The notes below the pieces were generated by a model. That model saw only the letters and a list, made by a program, of their open reading frames with translations. It was not told where the DNA came from and ran no database searches. Shown in pieces: positions 48,401-60,257 of a stretch of DNA of 64,000 nt. The first letter of the stretch is position 1, and the number at the start of each line of letters is the position of its first letter. The stretch lies in the NCBI GenBank assembly GCA_030586555.1, contig JAURAC010000004.1, positions 32,001 through 96,000 on the forward strand. The letters are read 5' to 3'. This stretch comes from Candidatus Subterrananammoxibius californiae. GTDB taxonomy: Bacteria > Planctomycetota > Brocadiia > Brocadiales > Subterrananammoxibiaceae. Both the position numbers and the translations under genes were made by a program.

Positions 48401-48438
48401 TTACGCCTTCACAAACCTCTTCCCCGCAAGCTGTTTTA
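48401..48438 (-). repeat. Duplicate of the last 38 nt of dprA
   Basis: 37/38 identical to 49335-49372. Confidence 0.9.
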
Positions 48439-48473
48439 ATTTTGACCTTGTGTTTAAGCTATTTAAATCTATC

Positions 48474-48944
48474 CTATGATTCTCCGGATAGGTGTATCAG
48501 TTTTGGCAATGTCTCATCAACAAATGAAGCAGGACTAACTATCTTAATAGATAATCCAGCTTTTCTTAACATCTGTGTGTCGAAATCCTTTATGTTTCCC
48601 GTGATAAGGTAATCTGCATGCCAGGACAAGGCTGATGCCAGGACGGGTGCATCTTTTGCGTTAATCCATTGGGCAATAGTGTCAACACTCTTTCTATTGG
48701 GTAACGGTAATAGCTTTAGTCTTATTGTTGGAAAATACGTCTTAAAGACAGGTAATGCTTTAGGGAGTTTAGTATTAAGATTTCGCTCTATTTCCATCAT
48801 GTTATATTCCCCTGTGGCTCCTGATAGAAATGGCAGCCCCAGGCTCAATATATCAAGTAGAACCCTGGGCGCCCCCTTGTCCGATAAAAGCCCGGAAAGA
48901 ATAACATTGGAGTCGAGGAATACCTTAACGTGCCTTCTTTTCAT
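48474..48944 (-). CDS. PIN-domain (VapC-like) toxin
   Basis: VFLDSNVILS, KDAPVLA, LITGNIKDF. Confidence 0.88.
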   Translation of the reverse strand: MKRRHVKVFLDSNVILSGLLSDKGAPRVLLDILSLGLPFLSGATGEYNMMEIERNLNTKLPKALPVFKTYFPTIRLKLLPLPNRKSVDTIAQWINAKDAPVLASALSWHADYLITGNIKDFDTQMLRKAGLSIKIVSPASFVDETLPKLIHLSGES

Positions 48945-49212
48945 ATATCTCTTTGTAGACGGATTCCCTTGCCCCCTTTAACCCCTTAAATACCTCTTCA
49001 GGCGAAAGTCCGGACTCTTTTAATATTCTGGCTATTTGCCTTCTGGCTTCATCAAGCCGAAGCCTTTTAGGGGTGACAAGTATGGTATCTCCAACGGCTA
49101 TTACAGTAACAGCTTGACCTTCCTCAAGGTGTGTGGCATCACGAATTTGCTTTGGGATTATTATCTGCCCTCTTGGCTTAATCTCTGTAACTACAGGTTT
49201 TAATGTTGACAT
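48925..49212 (-). CDS. AbrB/MazE-family antitoxin
   Basis: RGQIIIPKQIR..L.EG; overlaps the PIN gene. Confidence 0.88.
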   Translation of the reverse strand: MSTLKPVVTEIKPRGQIIIPKQIRDATHLEEGQAVTVIAVGDTILVTPKRLRLDEARRQIARILKESGLSPEEVFKGLKGARESVYKEIYEKKAR

Positions 49213-49334
49213 ACGCCCTCCTTATTCTAATTTCTAAAATTTGTAATCGGAAAAGCCTTTTAGCGATTTAAGTCAATACCTGGGTACTACAAGATGTATT
49301 ATACCAGCAATCTTCCCAAAAAACGCATAATTCT

Positions 49335-50435
49335 TTACGCCTTCACAAACCTCTTTCCCGCAAGCTGTTTTATGAGCTTCTTTATCTCAAGAATCATGAG
49401 TGTGCTTGCAACGTTAGATGGGGATAGACCTGTAACCGCTGTAATTTCATCAATATTCATTGGGTTGCTTGATAAGATAGAGAATATCTTCTTTTCTTGC
49501 TCGTTCAATGCAAGGCTTCTCGGGTCTTCTATACTTTGTCCTTCCGGCGTTCTGAGTGTTTCCGCAAGCGGTCCCAGTTCCTCTATTATGTCATCCACGC
49601 ATTCGACAAGTTTTGCACCTTCCTTAATAAGTTTGTGCGTTCCCTTGCTATAAGGGCTATCAATATTGCCAGGGACGGCAAACACCTCTTTCCCCTGCTC
49701 CAGCGCCCATTGCGCTGTAATGCTGGAGCCGCTTCCCAGAGAAGCCTCAACCACTATTACACCCAAGGATAATCCGCTGATTAGTCTATTCCTCGGAGGA
49801 AAATTTCTACCATCCGGCGGGGTTCTCATGGGCAGTTCAGATACGAGCGCTCCATTTTCAGCAATCCTCTCTGCAAGCTCCTTGTGTTCTGGGGGGTATA
49901 TTGCACTCATGCCATTACCTAACACAGCAATTGTCCTTCCCCCTACCTTTAAGGCGCCTCTATGGGCGGCGGCATCAATACCCCTCGCCAACCCGCTGAC
50001 TATGCAAAAACCCATGCCTGTTAGAGAGGCGCTCATCCTTTCTGCCTGTGATTGCCCATAGTAAGTGCCCCTTCGAGAGCCGACTATTGCAAGGGCAATT
50101 GCATCTGTTTCTTTCACCGCTCCCTTAATATAAAGGACTACCGGAGGGTCGTAGATAGATTTAAGATTCTGCGGATAATTATTGCTGGTATAAGGGACTA
50201 TCTCAACGCCCATTTCTCTGGCAAGATTTAACTCGGTATCTATGTCAACATTCCTTGAGGCTTGAGTTATTCTTTCTGCCAGTTCTTCTCCTACGCCTTC
50301 AACCTCTCTGAGTTCCCTTTTAGATACGCCAAGGATGGTCTTTGGCGAGCCAAACCTTTCCAATAACCTCTTGTAGGTTATTACGCCAATCCCCTTGGTC
50401 ATATTGAGTCGTATGAGGTCTTCGAGTTCTGCCAT
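49335..50435 (-). CDS. dprA: DNA-processing protein DprA
   Basis: AIVGSR, VSGLARGIDAAAH, FPPRNRLISG, VVEA, VFAVPG; C-terminal wHTH. Confidence 0.97.
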   Translation of the reverse strand: MAELEDLIRLNMTKGIGVITYKRLLERFGSPKTILGVSKRELREVEGVGEELAERITQASRNVDIDTELNLAREMGVEIVPYTSNNYPQNLKSIYDPPVVLYIKGAVKETDAIALAIVGSRRGTYYGQSQAERMSASLTGMGFCIVSGLARGIDAAAHRGALKVGGRTIAVLGNGMSAIYPPEHKELAERIAENGALVSELPMRTPPDGRNFPPRNRLISGLSLGVIVVEASLGSGSSITAQWALEQGKEVFAVPGNIDSPYSKGTHKLIKEGAKLVECVDDIIEELGPLAETLRTPEGQSIEDPRSLALNEQEKKIFSILSSNPMNIDEITAVTGLSPSNVASTLMILEIKKLIKQLAGKRFVKA

Positions 50436-50526
50436 AGAAGAAACCTTCAGGGAATAAGACAGCAAGACTGCTTGTGCAATGGTAAATTTGGCAAGGAAAT
50501 CGTGCGTATCTAAAGGTCAACACTGA

Positions 50527-50742
50527 TTATGCTAAGGCTTTCTCTTTGCCTTTTAACTCATATAATATACCCTGTGGCTCTGCCACCTGTTCAGAAGCGT
50601 CCATAATCTCAATAGATACAATCTTGCCACTCTTATTATAGTCAATGATTACTCCATCCCTTACCTCATCACTCTCAGAAATTTTCTCGTCTCTAAGGAT
50701 AATGCTTAAAGTATCAGTCTCGGGGTCGAATATTACTTTCAT
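50527..50742 (-). CDS. DUF2283 family protein (antitoxin-like)
   Basis: MKVIFDPETDTLSI...GVIIDY...G.IVSIEIMDAS. Confidence 0.85.
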   Translation of the reverse strand: MKVIFDPETDTLSIILRDEKISESDEVRDGVIIDYNKSGKIVSIEIMDASEQVAEPQGILYELKGKEKALA

Positions 50743-50744
50743 AG

Positions 50745-51010
50745 TCAGTTCTCTCTCTTCCAATATTTATTAACCTTGGATGTTTTATAAACCGTATAAC
50801 TCTAAATTCCGTTCCATACTCTTTTCCTATTACCCTTAAAAGCATTTCTTTACCTTCCACTTCGTCAAAATATCTGTTTTGTACTATAACACGTCCTTTT
50901 TTAGAAGGCAATTTTTGTTTCGGGCTTTCAACTACAGATTTAATAAGCTCTTCAGAGATATCTCTTCTATTCGCCTCAAATCTTGCATGGTCAGTTACTA
51001 TAATCTTCAT
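50745..51010 (-). pseudogene. DUF4258 (BrnT/RelE-like) toxin with a 1-bp frameshift near its C-terminus
   Basis: TDHARFEANRRDISEELI; restoring one base (ATA [A]CG) gives VITVYKTSKVNKYWKREN* ending just before the DUF2283 gene. Confidence 0.7.
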
Positions 51011-51028
51011 CTAATGCATTTAGGAAGT

Positions 51029-52102
51029 TTATTCCAGCGTTCTCCTGATAACTTCTTCGGTTACCTTATCGGAGATAATCACCTCGCCAATTTTTGTAGG
51101 TAGAATAAATCTCAGCCTTCCACCTAGGGTCTTTTTATCCAGGTATAATGTGTTTATAATATCATCTGGTTTAATCTCACGATTCTCCGTTGGCATACCC
51201 AGCCTTTTTAGTAATGATATTTGCCGCATGGATACAGTTTCATCTGCCAGACCCATAATTACAGCCATCTTACTTGCGTACGCCATTCCAATTGCCACAG
51301 CCTCGCCGTGCCTGTATTTTTTATATTCTGTAAGCGCCTCAAGGGCATGTCCAATGGTGTGGCCATAATTTAGTATTGCCCTCAGTCCTGCCTCCCTTTC
51401 GTCTTCCTCAACGACCCTTGCCTTTATGTTGCACGATTTTGATATTATTGTTTTCAAGGCATCGTCATTTAGCTCAAGGATTTTGGGAAGGCTCTTTTCT
51501 ACATAATCAAAAAGGGATGCATCCCTTATTACGCCATATTTTATAACCTCGACCATACCCGCCAGCAATTCAGCCCTTGGGAGGGTTGAGAGTGTAACCG
51601 TATCAATAAAGACTGCAATGGGTTGATAAAAACTGCCAATCATATTCTTGCCACGAGGGTGATTAACGCCAACCTTTCCTCCAACGCTGCTATCAACCTG
51701 GGCAAGGAGCGACGTTGGTACTTGAACAAAAGGCACACCCCTCATAAACGTGGATGCAGCAAAGCCTGCCACATCACCTACCACACCCCCACCGAGGGCA
51801 ATCACAAGGGACTTACGGTCCATCCCATGGTCAAAAAACGCATCGTAAAGCACCTCTACAGTAGAAAGGGTCTTCTTCTCTTCCCCGGGCTCCATAGACA
51901 CAACCTTAACATCAAACTTGTGTGCTGCAAGACCTTTTGATACAATATCAGCATATAATGCGTTAACATTTTTATCGGTGATAATCAGCGTTTTACAGGG
52001 CTTCGTCAATCTTATAATAAAATCACCGAGCTGACTCAGGATATTTTTCCCAATAGTTATCTGATAGCTTCTCTCACCAAGATTAACAGGTATTTTGTTC
52101 AT
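51029..52102 (-). CDS. aroB: 3-dehydroquinate synthase
   Basis: GGGVVGD, VPTSLLAQVDSSVGGK, LNYGHTIGHA, HGEAV. Confidence 0.97.
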   Translation of the reverse strand: MNKIPVNLGERSYQITIGKNILSQLGDFIIRLTKPCKTLIITDKNVNALYADIVSKGLAAHKFDVKVVSMEPGEEKKTLSTVEVLYDAFFDHGMDRKSLVIALGGGVVGDVAGFAASTFMRGVPFVQVPTSLLAQVDSSVGGKVGVNHPRGKNMIGSFYQPIAVFIDTVTLSTLPRAELLAGMVEVIKYGVIRDASLFDYVEKSLPKILELNDDALKTIISKSCNIKARVVEEDEREAGLRAILNYGHTIGHALEALTEYKKYRHGEAVAIGMAYASKMAVIMGLADETVSMRQISLLKRLGMPTENREIKPDDIINTLYLDKKTLGGRLRFILPTKIGEVIISDKVTEEVIRRTLE

Positions 52103-52159
52103 AATGATGTCAGGATATTGACTTATGTATCTCATGTCAAGCAAAAACCTTGAGGGTGT

Positions 52160-53527
52160 ATGGGGATAACTACCAACTTCTCTTCCTATCAAGAAGCAAC
52201 AACCTTCCTTTTTCAAGCAGTTGACTTCGAGAAGCTGACAAAGTACAAGTACGACATCCCCAATTTTAATCTCGATAGAATGGAACGTCTGCTTGCTTCT
52301 GTAGGAAACCCGCACAAAGGCTTGAAAGCAGTCCATATTGCAGGGACAAAAGGCAAAGGCTCAACTGCTATTATAATTGCGTCTATACTGAAAGAGCTTG
52401 GGCTTTGCACCGGCCTTTTTACATCACCTCATCTTGTCCATCTTGAGGAGAGAATCTGCATTAATGGAGAAATCATTTCACGGGATGAGGTTTGCAGATT
52501 GCTGGGCGAACTCCGTCCATACATAGAAGAAGAAAGAAGGTTCAATCAAAAACTTTCGCCCACATTTTTTGAGATTATTACGGCGCTGGCATTCCTTTAT
52601 TTCAAGAGAAAAAATGTAGATATAGCCGTTCTTGAGGTAGGCATGGGTGGCCGTCTGGACTCAACAAATGTGGTCCATCCCAATGTCTCCGTTATTACTA
52701 ATATTGGCTTTGACCACACAGACAAGCTCGGAACGACGCTCTCACAAATAGCCTTTGAAAAGGCAGGAATAATTAAAGAAGGCATTCCCGTGGTATCCTC
52801 TGAACAACATCCGGAGGCGATGACTGTAATTGAGAAAACATGCAAAGAGAGAAATTCTGAGCTACTGATTTTAGGCAGGGATATAAAGATTTTGAACAGT
52901 TCCCCCTTAACAATGGGCGCTTTTAATGGTATTAAGTGCAACATCAAGACCCATACACACAGTTATAAAAACCTGTTCCTGCCCCTATTGGGAGAACACC
53001 AGCTCTCAAACTGCGCCGTTGCGCTTGGCGCAATAGACGTCCTCTCAGAACAAGGGCTAATCAAAATACATGAAGGATGCGTACGGCATGCGCTTACAAC
53101 GGTAAGATGCCTTGCAAGGGTGGAGGTTGTATCACGTAAACCCTTAATAATACTTGATGCCGCCCACACAGTTGAATCAATCAAGGCACTGAAGCAGGCT
53201 TTGCAATCAAACTTCAAATTTAATAAATTAATCGTTTTAATGGGCATATCAAAGGATAAAGATATTAACGGCATCCTTGCGGAGATTGTGCCTCTGGCAG
53301 ATAGTATAATCTTCACAAGCTCCGACAGCCCCAGGGCAGCAAATCCCCACGAATTGGCAGAAAAAGCAAAGGTCTTATCTAACGTGAAGCATTTGATTGT
53401 CTTTAATAATATAGAAGACGCCTTTAACGAGGCAAAAAGGCTTGCCAGGGAAGACGATTTGATTTGCATCACTGGTTCATTCTACGTAGCGGGGAAGGTA
53501 AAAGAAATTATGGATAAATGCAATTAA
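52160..53527 (+). CDS. folC: Folylpolyglutamate synthase/dihydrofolate synthase
   Basis: HIAGTKGKGS, FTSPHL, EVGMGGRLDSTN, DAAH, TGSFY. Confidence 0.96.
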   Translation: MGITTNFSSYQEATTFLFQAVDFEKLTKYKYDIPNFNLDRMERLLASVGNPHKGLKAVHIAGTKGKGSTAIIIASILKELGLCTGLFTSPHLVHLEERICINGEIISRDEVCRLLGELRPYIEEERRFNQKLSPTFFEIITALAFLYFKRKNVDIAVLEVGMGGRLDSTNVVHPNVSVITNIGFDHTDKLGTTLSQIAFEKAGIIKEGIPVVSSEQHPEAMTVIEKTCKERNSELLILGRDIKILNSSPLTMGAFNGIKCNIKTHTHSYKNLFLPLLGEHQLSNCAVALGAIDVLSEQGLIKIHEGCVRHALTTVRCLARVEVVSRKPLIILDAAHTVESIKALKQALQSNFKFNKLIVLMGISKDKDINGILAEIVPLADSIIFTSSDSPRAANPHELAEKAKVLSNVKHLIVFNNIEDAFNEAKRLAREDDLICITGSFYVAGKVKEIMDKCN

Positions 53528-53669
53528 GAAGCAAAAAACTCAAAAAAGTGAGGGACATATTTTTCGGAGGAAATCTTTTATCGAACACAAGAGCGGAAGA
53601 ATATCATGCTTTATCTCCTGAGAATTAAAATCGTAGATTTTGTAAGAAGCCTTTTGTCCGGGCATAAAT

Positions 53670-54086
53670 CTACCTTTGATTCTTAGGATAAATTAGCCTG
53701 GCGCCAGAGGCAAGTAATTCTTCTATATCTTCTGGTTCTGCTAAATGAAAATCAAAATGGAACTCTACCGAAGAAAAGTATTTGATTATCTCTATTTCTT
53801 GGTTATAAAGAGCATATCTTGCATTTTTATCATATCTCTGGAGAGATGTCCAAATACAAAAAGTATTCTCTTCTCTTACTAAAAATATTCTATCAACCAC
53901 TTTAGCCTTAGATAATAACCCAGCAATCTTGTCATAAATATCATTAGTTGATACCCAAACAAATTCTATCTCTGAAGTATCTGGGGGATAAAGATTTTTT
54001 ACGACAATTTCATATTCTTTTTCTTTTGATTTTGTATCAAACTCTTTAAAATCACTGGTTATATAAGTTTTGGTTTCTAAGGCCAT
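53670..54086 (-). CDS. Hypothetical protein (AT-rich)
   Basis: 138-aa ORF, 1 bp from the upstream gene. Confidence 0.65.
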   Translation of the reverse strand: MALETKTYITSDFKEFDTKSKEKEYEIVVKNLYPPDTSEIEFVWVSTNDIYDKIAGLLSKAKVVDRIFLVREENTFCIWTSLQRYDKNARYALYNQEIEIIKYFSSVEFHFDFHLAEPEDIEELLASGARLIYPKNQR

Positions 54087-54087
54087 A

Positions 54088-54342
54088 TTAAATTTTCCTT
54101 TTAAGACTTTCTGGAGAAGTTATCGATGTCACATTTGTTGATTGAAATATATATACTGGATTGCCTTCAGCGTCATATTCATCATCAATACGAAAAACTT
54201 TAGTGATAATTAATTTTATTCTTAGAACAGAACCGTCTTCAAGTAAGCAATGATTCCACTGTTCACTTGCCTGATTAATATCTATTGGAGTTGCATCCAC
54301 TTCCCTTCCATCGGGAAGTTTTATTCTAACTTTATTTGACAT
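54088..54342 (-). CDS. Hypothetical small beta-rich protein (AT-rich)
   Basis: 84-aa ORF with RBS AGGGG; EQWN..LLEDG..L.IK...GNPVY pattern. Confidence 0.7.
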   Translation of the reverse strand: MSNKVRIKLPDGREVDATPIDINQASEQWNHCLLEDGSVLRIKLIITKVFRIDDEYDAEGNPVYIFQSTNVTSITSPESLKRKI

Positions 54343-54577
54343 TTTAGCCCCTTGGTTTTACACTTTATTAAATAACACCTGTATCAGTGCTTTAAAGAAG
54401 GTAATGTCTTATAATTCCTGTGAACAAGAAAATTTTAAAAAACTATAGAGCGTAGCAGTTAAAATTAGTACGGCCTCAAATGTGGCGGCTAACTAATGGG
54501 GGCAAGCTTGTTTATAAACTTCTTTGCATCTTTTGCGCATTAGCTTAGTAACACCACAAGGAAAATAAGTTTTTACC

Positions 54578-54946
54578 CTACTTGCTGCACTCTACAAAAG
54601 CCATTCTCAGGTCGTACATGAGGGACTTAAAATAGTTCTGCTCATCCTTTGTAAGATTACCTTTCGTTTTCTCTTCCAATATATTCAGGATGTCAATTAA
54701 ATACTTTGCCTGGTTGATGTCCTTTTCTTTTTGCTTTGTGAGAGGATTCTCTATCAGACCCAGAAGTATATATGACTGCGTGGCGAGTCCTGAAATAAAG
54801 AGTGTAAAATTTGCCTGCGGAATTTGTTTTTTACCCGTTGAAGGCGAGTCCGAAGAACTTGCTTTCAACTCTTCGTCAATTTTTTCTTTTTCCTGTTGAA
54901 TCTGTTTTTTCCAGTCTTCGTCAATCTTTTTTTCTTCTTCTGTCAT
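54578..54946 (-). CDS. DUF1844 family protein
   Basis: IDEDWK, LGLIENP, AKYLID.L.ILEEKTKGNL. Confidence 0.88.
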   Translation of the reverse strand: MTEEEKKIDEDWKKQIQQEKEKIDEELKASSSDSPSTGKKQIPQANFTLFISGLATQSYILLGLIENPLTKQKEKDINQAKYLIDILNILEEKTKGNLTKDEQNYFKSLMYDLRMAFVECSK

Positions 54947-55007
54947 GTGCTATCTCCAAAATTGGTAATGGATAACAGGAAAAAACCTGCGACCCATGAC
55001 CTATAAC

Positions 55008-56612
<1,605 letters not shown>

Positions 56613-56668
56613 TTATAGGTTATGGGCTATAAGCTATGGGCTATGGGTGGTTTTCTACCCATAGCCTA

Positions 56669-57472
56669 TCACCTATCGCCTATAGCCTGTCTCCCGTATT
56701 TATCTAAAAATCTTTTAAGGTCTTCCTCCGTATCAACTCCCCTGCATTCAAAAGTCGTAATACTCACCTTTATCTTATAGCCATTTGACAGGGCGCGAAG
56801 CTGTTCAAGCCTTTCAATTTCCTCAAGAGGAGAAGGGGGAAGCTTTGTATATTTTAGCAAAAAATCCCGCCTATACGCATATACACCAATATGTCTAAAA
56901 AAGCGATGCGCCATGAGCGATGAGCCATGAGCTAAATATGGAATAGGCGCCCTTGAAAAATAGAGTGCATAATCCTTGTTATCAATTACAACCTTTACCA
57001 CGTTCGGGTCAAGAAGTTCATCCACTGTTTTTATTTCGTTGGCAAGCGTAGCCATAACAGCTTCCTTATCCTTAGAAAGGGCCGAAATAAGGTCTTTAAT
57101 CATCTCGGGATGAATTTCGGGCTCATCCCCCTGAACATTAACAATTATATCCTCGTCCCGATGAGCCGCTACCTCCGCAATGCGGTCAGTGCCAGATTGA
57201 TGAGCAGTAGATGTCATCTCGACATTGTCACAAAAGCCCTTAACCACATCGAATATGCGCTCATCATCCGTTGCGATAATAGGTAAGCTCATCACAGTAC
57301 TTGCCCCTGCAGGCTCTTCATCACCCGCTGCAATGCGTTGCGCTTCTACTACCTTTTCATAAACATGCTCTATAATGTATTTCCCCGTAACCCGTTTCGC
57401 CTCGGGGTGAATAAGTTTACCAGGCAGCCTCGTAGAGCCATACCTTGCAGGTATAATGACAACTGCTCTCAT
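56669..57472 (-). CDS. kdsB: 3-deoxy-manno-octulosonate cytidylyltransferase
   Basis: IPARYGSTRLPGK, SGTDRIAE, NVQGDEP, LEQLRAL. Confidence 0.96.
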   Translation of the reverse strand: MRAVVIIPARYGSTRLPGKLIHPEAKRVTGKYIIEHVYEKVVEAQRIAAGDEEPAGASTVMSLPIIATDDERIFDVVKGFCDNVEMTSTAHQSGTDRIAEVAAHRDEDIIVNVQGDEPEIHPEMIKDLISALSKDKEAVMATLANEIKTVDELLDPNVVKVVIDNKDYALYFSRAPIPYLAHGSSLMAHRFFRHIGVYAYRRDFLLKYTKLPPSPLEEIERLEQLRALSNGYKIKVSITTFECRGVDTEEDLKRFLDKYGRQAIGDR

Positions 57473-57549
57473 AAGAACTTATGCTAACAATTATTAAATA
57501 CAATGTCAACTGCAACTTTCTGTGTACAAAATTATAATTTTTTGCTGCA

Positions 57550-58146
57550 TTATATTTTTTCAAGCATTTCCTGGAGGAGGTCCAAGGGTAAGCCTACGAC
57601 GTTAGAAAAACTGCCTTCGATTTCTTCAACAAATTTGTCGTTGTCTTCCTGGATTGCATACGCCCCTGCCTTTCCCATAGAACCCCCAGAATCAACGTAT
57701 TCTTCTATCTCCGCCTTAGAAATACGGCGCATTTGCACAAATGTTTCCCTATGCCCTTGCAGTTTCCTTCCCGTAACAGTGTCAATTATACAGATGCCGG
57801 TAAAAACGGAATGGCGGGTGCTGCTAAGCTGTGTAAGTATATGAATTGCCTCTGCCCTGTCCTTGGGTTTTCCGATTATATTTCCATTACACAAAACGAG
57901 GGTATCTGCCCCTATTATGATGGCTCGCCCAAAAGATGGCGAGTCTTCGATATTTTTTAATCTCGAAGCAACGGATTTTGCTTTAAGAGATGCAAGGTAT
58001 TCGACTATTTCAGCAGGGGAAAGGTTGGGAGGAATTTCTTCGTCTATTTTAGGTGGGATAACTTTAAATTGGAACCCCAGCGATTTAAGGAGTTCTTTTC
58101 TCCTTGGGGAAGCGGAGGCAAGTACTATCTGTCTTCCCTTGTACAT
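57550..58146 (-). CDS. maf: Maf family nucleoside triphosphate pyrophosphatase
   Basis: LASASPRRKELL, GADT, GKP, KAGAYAIQ, NVVGLP. Confidence 0.95.
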   Translation of the reverse strand: MYKGRQIVLASASPRRKELLKSLGFQFKVIPPKIDEEIPPNLSPAEIVEYLASLKAKSVASRLKNIEDSPSFGRAIIIGADTLVLCNGNIIGKPKDRAEAIHILTQLSSTRHSVFTGICIIDTVTGRKLQGHRETFVQMRRISKAEIEEYVDSGGSMGKAGAYAIQEDNDKFVEEIEGSFSNVVGLPLDLLQEMLEKI

Positions 58147-58182
58147 GGCTACTCAGCTATTAAAAAAATTGGGTTTGATAAA

Positions 58183-58605
58183 TCAAACCCCTACATTCTT
58201 TAGTGCGCTTATAATATCCGTCTGCATCCTTGCCATCTCGTCTCCACGATACTTCTTCTGTCTCCAACCGAATGAGAAGTCATCGTGAGTATGGCGTGGA
58301 ATTATGTGAAAGTGGAGATGGGGAACGGTCTGACCAGCACAGGGTCCATTAGTTTGAAAGACATTAAGACCGTCAGCCTTCGTAGCAGCCATTACTGCCC
58401 TTGCTATTGATGGAAGGATTTTTGTCACCCTGCCAAGTTCAACCCCTGGGATATCAAGCAATAGCTCATAATGCCTCTTTGGCACTACTAATGTGTGTCC
58501 AAAGTTAACAGGGTTTATATCAAGAAATGAAATTACATCGCTGTCTTCAAAAATCCTGGCGGCTGGTAATTCTCTGTTTATAATTCTGCAAAAGATGCAA
58601 TCCAC
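58183..58605 (-). CDS. HIT family protein
   Basis: DCIFC, GHTLVVPK, HLHFHIIPR. Confidence 0.95.
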   Translation of the reverse strand: MDCIFCRIINRELPAARIFEDSDVISFLDINPVNFGHTLVVPKRHYELLLDIPGVELGRVTKILPSIARAVMAATKADGLNVFQTNGPCAGQTVPHLHFHIIPRHTHDDFSFGWRQKKYRGDEMARMQTDIISALKNVGV

Positions 58606-58651
58606 GTTTTATGCACGGACAAACAAGTTTGTCCATGCCACCCTTAACGAA

Positions 58652-59242
58652 TTACGCTTGTTTCTTTTCTTCTCCTGTCGAAACCTTTGGTTTCACTTCG
58701 GCTTCTACTCCCGCTTTGGCGGATTCCTCGGTGGGGCTTTCTACTAACTCGAAGATAACCCGTTGTGCATTATCGCCGAGACGGTTCCCTATCATGCGGA
58801 GCTTTCGTTCTTTACCTTCCATCTTATATTCGAGTGCAGGAATCTCCCCAACGGTGCTACCCGTAAGGACGCCGAGCCTTGTTCCAAAGAGTCGTAATAT
58901 TCGTGTATAACCCCCGTTTCTGGTAAGATACCGCCTTGCAACTCCGCCGCTTTCGCGCCAGTTACCCTCTCCAAAGAGTTTTTTTACAACCTCCTTGTTC
59001 TGTAAACTTGAAAGCACTTGTCTGTAATAGTGCACGTATGCTGGAGGGTCTGTTTCCTTTTTAGCTAAGCCCTTTTTTGCAAGTGTGATTATCTTTTCGG
59101 CGAAACTCCTCACTTCCTTAGCCTTTTGAAGTGTCGTGATTATTCTGCCATAATTAAGCAAGCTATTAACGAGATTACGTCTCAACGCTTCTCTGTGACT
59201 CGAAGTTCTCGATAGATGTCTGCCTCTCTTTCTGTGGCGCAT
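58652..59242 (-). CDS. rplQ: 50S ribosomal protein L17
   Basis: MRHRK.GR.LSR, ITTLQKAKE, GGYTRI. Confidence 0.97.
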   Translation of the reverse strand: MRHRKRGRHLSRTSSHREALRRNLVNSLLNYGRIITTLQKAKEVRSFAEKIITLAKKGLAKKETDPPAYVHYYRQVLSSLQNKEVVKKLFGEGNWRESGGVARRYLTRNGGYTRILRLFGTRLGVLTGSTVGEIPALEYKMEGKERKLRMIGNRLGDNAQRVIFELVESPTEESAKAGVEAEVKPKVSTGEEKKQA

Positions 59243-59258
59243 CTTAGACCTTCCCTTC

Positions 59259-60257
59259 CTATCCTACTTTTGAAGTTGTGGCAAAGGATAAAGACCTCTG
59301 TGCAAGCTTCTTCTTGACCTCTTTTAACGTTGTCTTGCCGAAATTCCTTATTTCAAGTAATTCTTCTTCGGTTAGTGAGATAAGGTCGCCGATAGTCTTT
59401 ATATTGGCAGCATCCAGACAGTTGGATGCGCGCACAGAGAGGTCAAGTTCTGAAACAGGCAAGTCAATTTTCGGGTCTGGCTCCTTAGCCAAAACCTTTG
59501 CCTTTACTGGCTCAATAGCCGGTTTTATTTCTGCCTTCGGTAGTTCACGGCCTATCTCAAAGTATTGTACAAATGGATTTAAGTGTTTGCGGAGGATTTT
59601 AGCAGCCTCAACCAGTGCCATTTCCGGGGTTACAATTCCATTAGTCCATATCTCCATTATTAACCTGTCATAATTTGTTCTACGGCCAACCCTGGCATCC
59701 TCGGTTTTAAGGCTTACCTTCCGAACGGGAGAAAATATTGAATCAATAGGAATCCTCCCTATTTCTTGCTCCTCAGATTCGTTTTCTTCTGCTGTTATAT
59801 ACCCCCTGCCCTTTCTTACATTCATCTCTACCTTAAAATCGGTTTCCTCCGATAGGGTTGCAATGTGGAGGTCGCCATTAAGTATTTCAATGTTGCCATC
59901 GGTAATGATGTCCTTCGCTTTTATTTCTCCTTTTTTATGAGCCTCTATCTTTATCGTCGTCTCTTTGTCTGCATGTGACTTTACCACCAAATTTTTAATA
60001 TTAAGTATTACATCGGTAACATCTTCAACTACGCCTGGAATTGTACTGAACTCGTGTTTTATCTTATCAATCTTTACCGATACTACTGCACTACCCTCCA
60101 GAGAAGAAAGCAATACCCTTCTTAAACCGTTTCCAATCGTAACACCGTAACCACGTTCAAATGGCTCTGCGATGAACTTTCCATATATATTAGTTAACGT
60201 CTCCCGTTCAACTGTAATCCTTGATGGAAGTTCGAACCCTCTCCACCTAATTCGCAT
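59259..60257 (-). CDS. rpoA: RNA polymerase alpha subunit
   Basis: EPFERGYGVTIGNGLRRVLLSS, HEFS, LSVRASNCL, NFGK. Confidence 0.99.
   Translation of the reverse strand: MRIRWRGFELPSRITVERETLTNIYGKFIAEPFERGYGVTIGNGLRRVLLSSLEGSAVVSVKIDKIKHEFSTIPGVVEDVTDVILNIKNLVVKSHADKETTIKIEAHKKGEIKAKDIITDGNIEILNGDLHIATLSEETDFKVEMNVRKGRGYITAEENESEEQEIGRIPIDSIFSPVRKVSLKTEDARVGRRTNYDRLIMEIWTNGIVTPEMALVEAAKILRKHLNPFVQYFEIGRELPKAEIKPAIEPVKAKVLAKEPDPKIDLPVSELDLSVRASNCLDAANIKTIGDLISLTEEELLEIRNFGKTTLKEVKKKLAQRSLSFATTSKVG

Noticed and set aside
58652..59242. Unusually long L17
   Set aside because: Inserts and C-terminal extensions in L17 are common in this group as far as I recall; no separate domain evident
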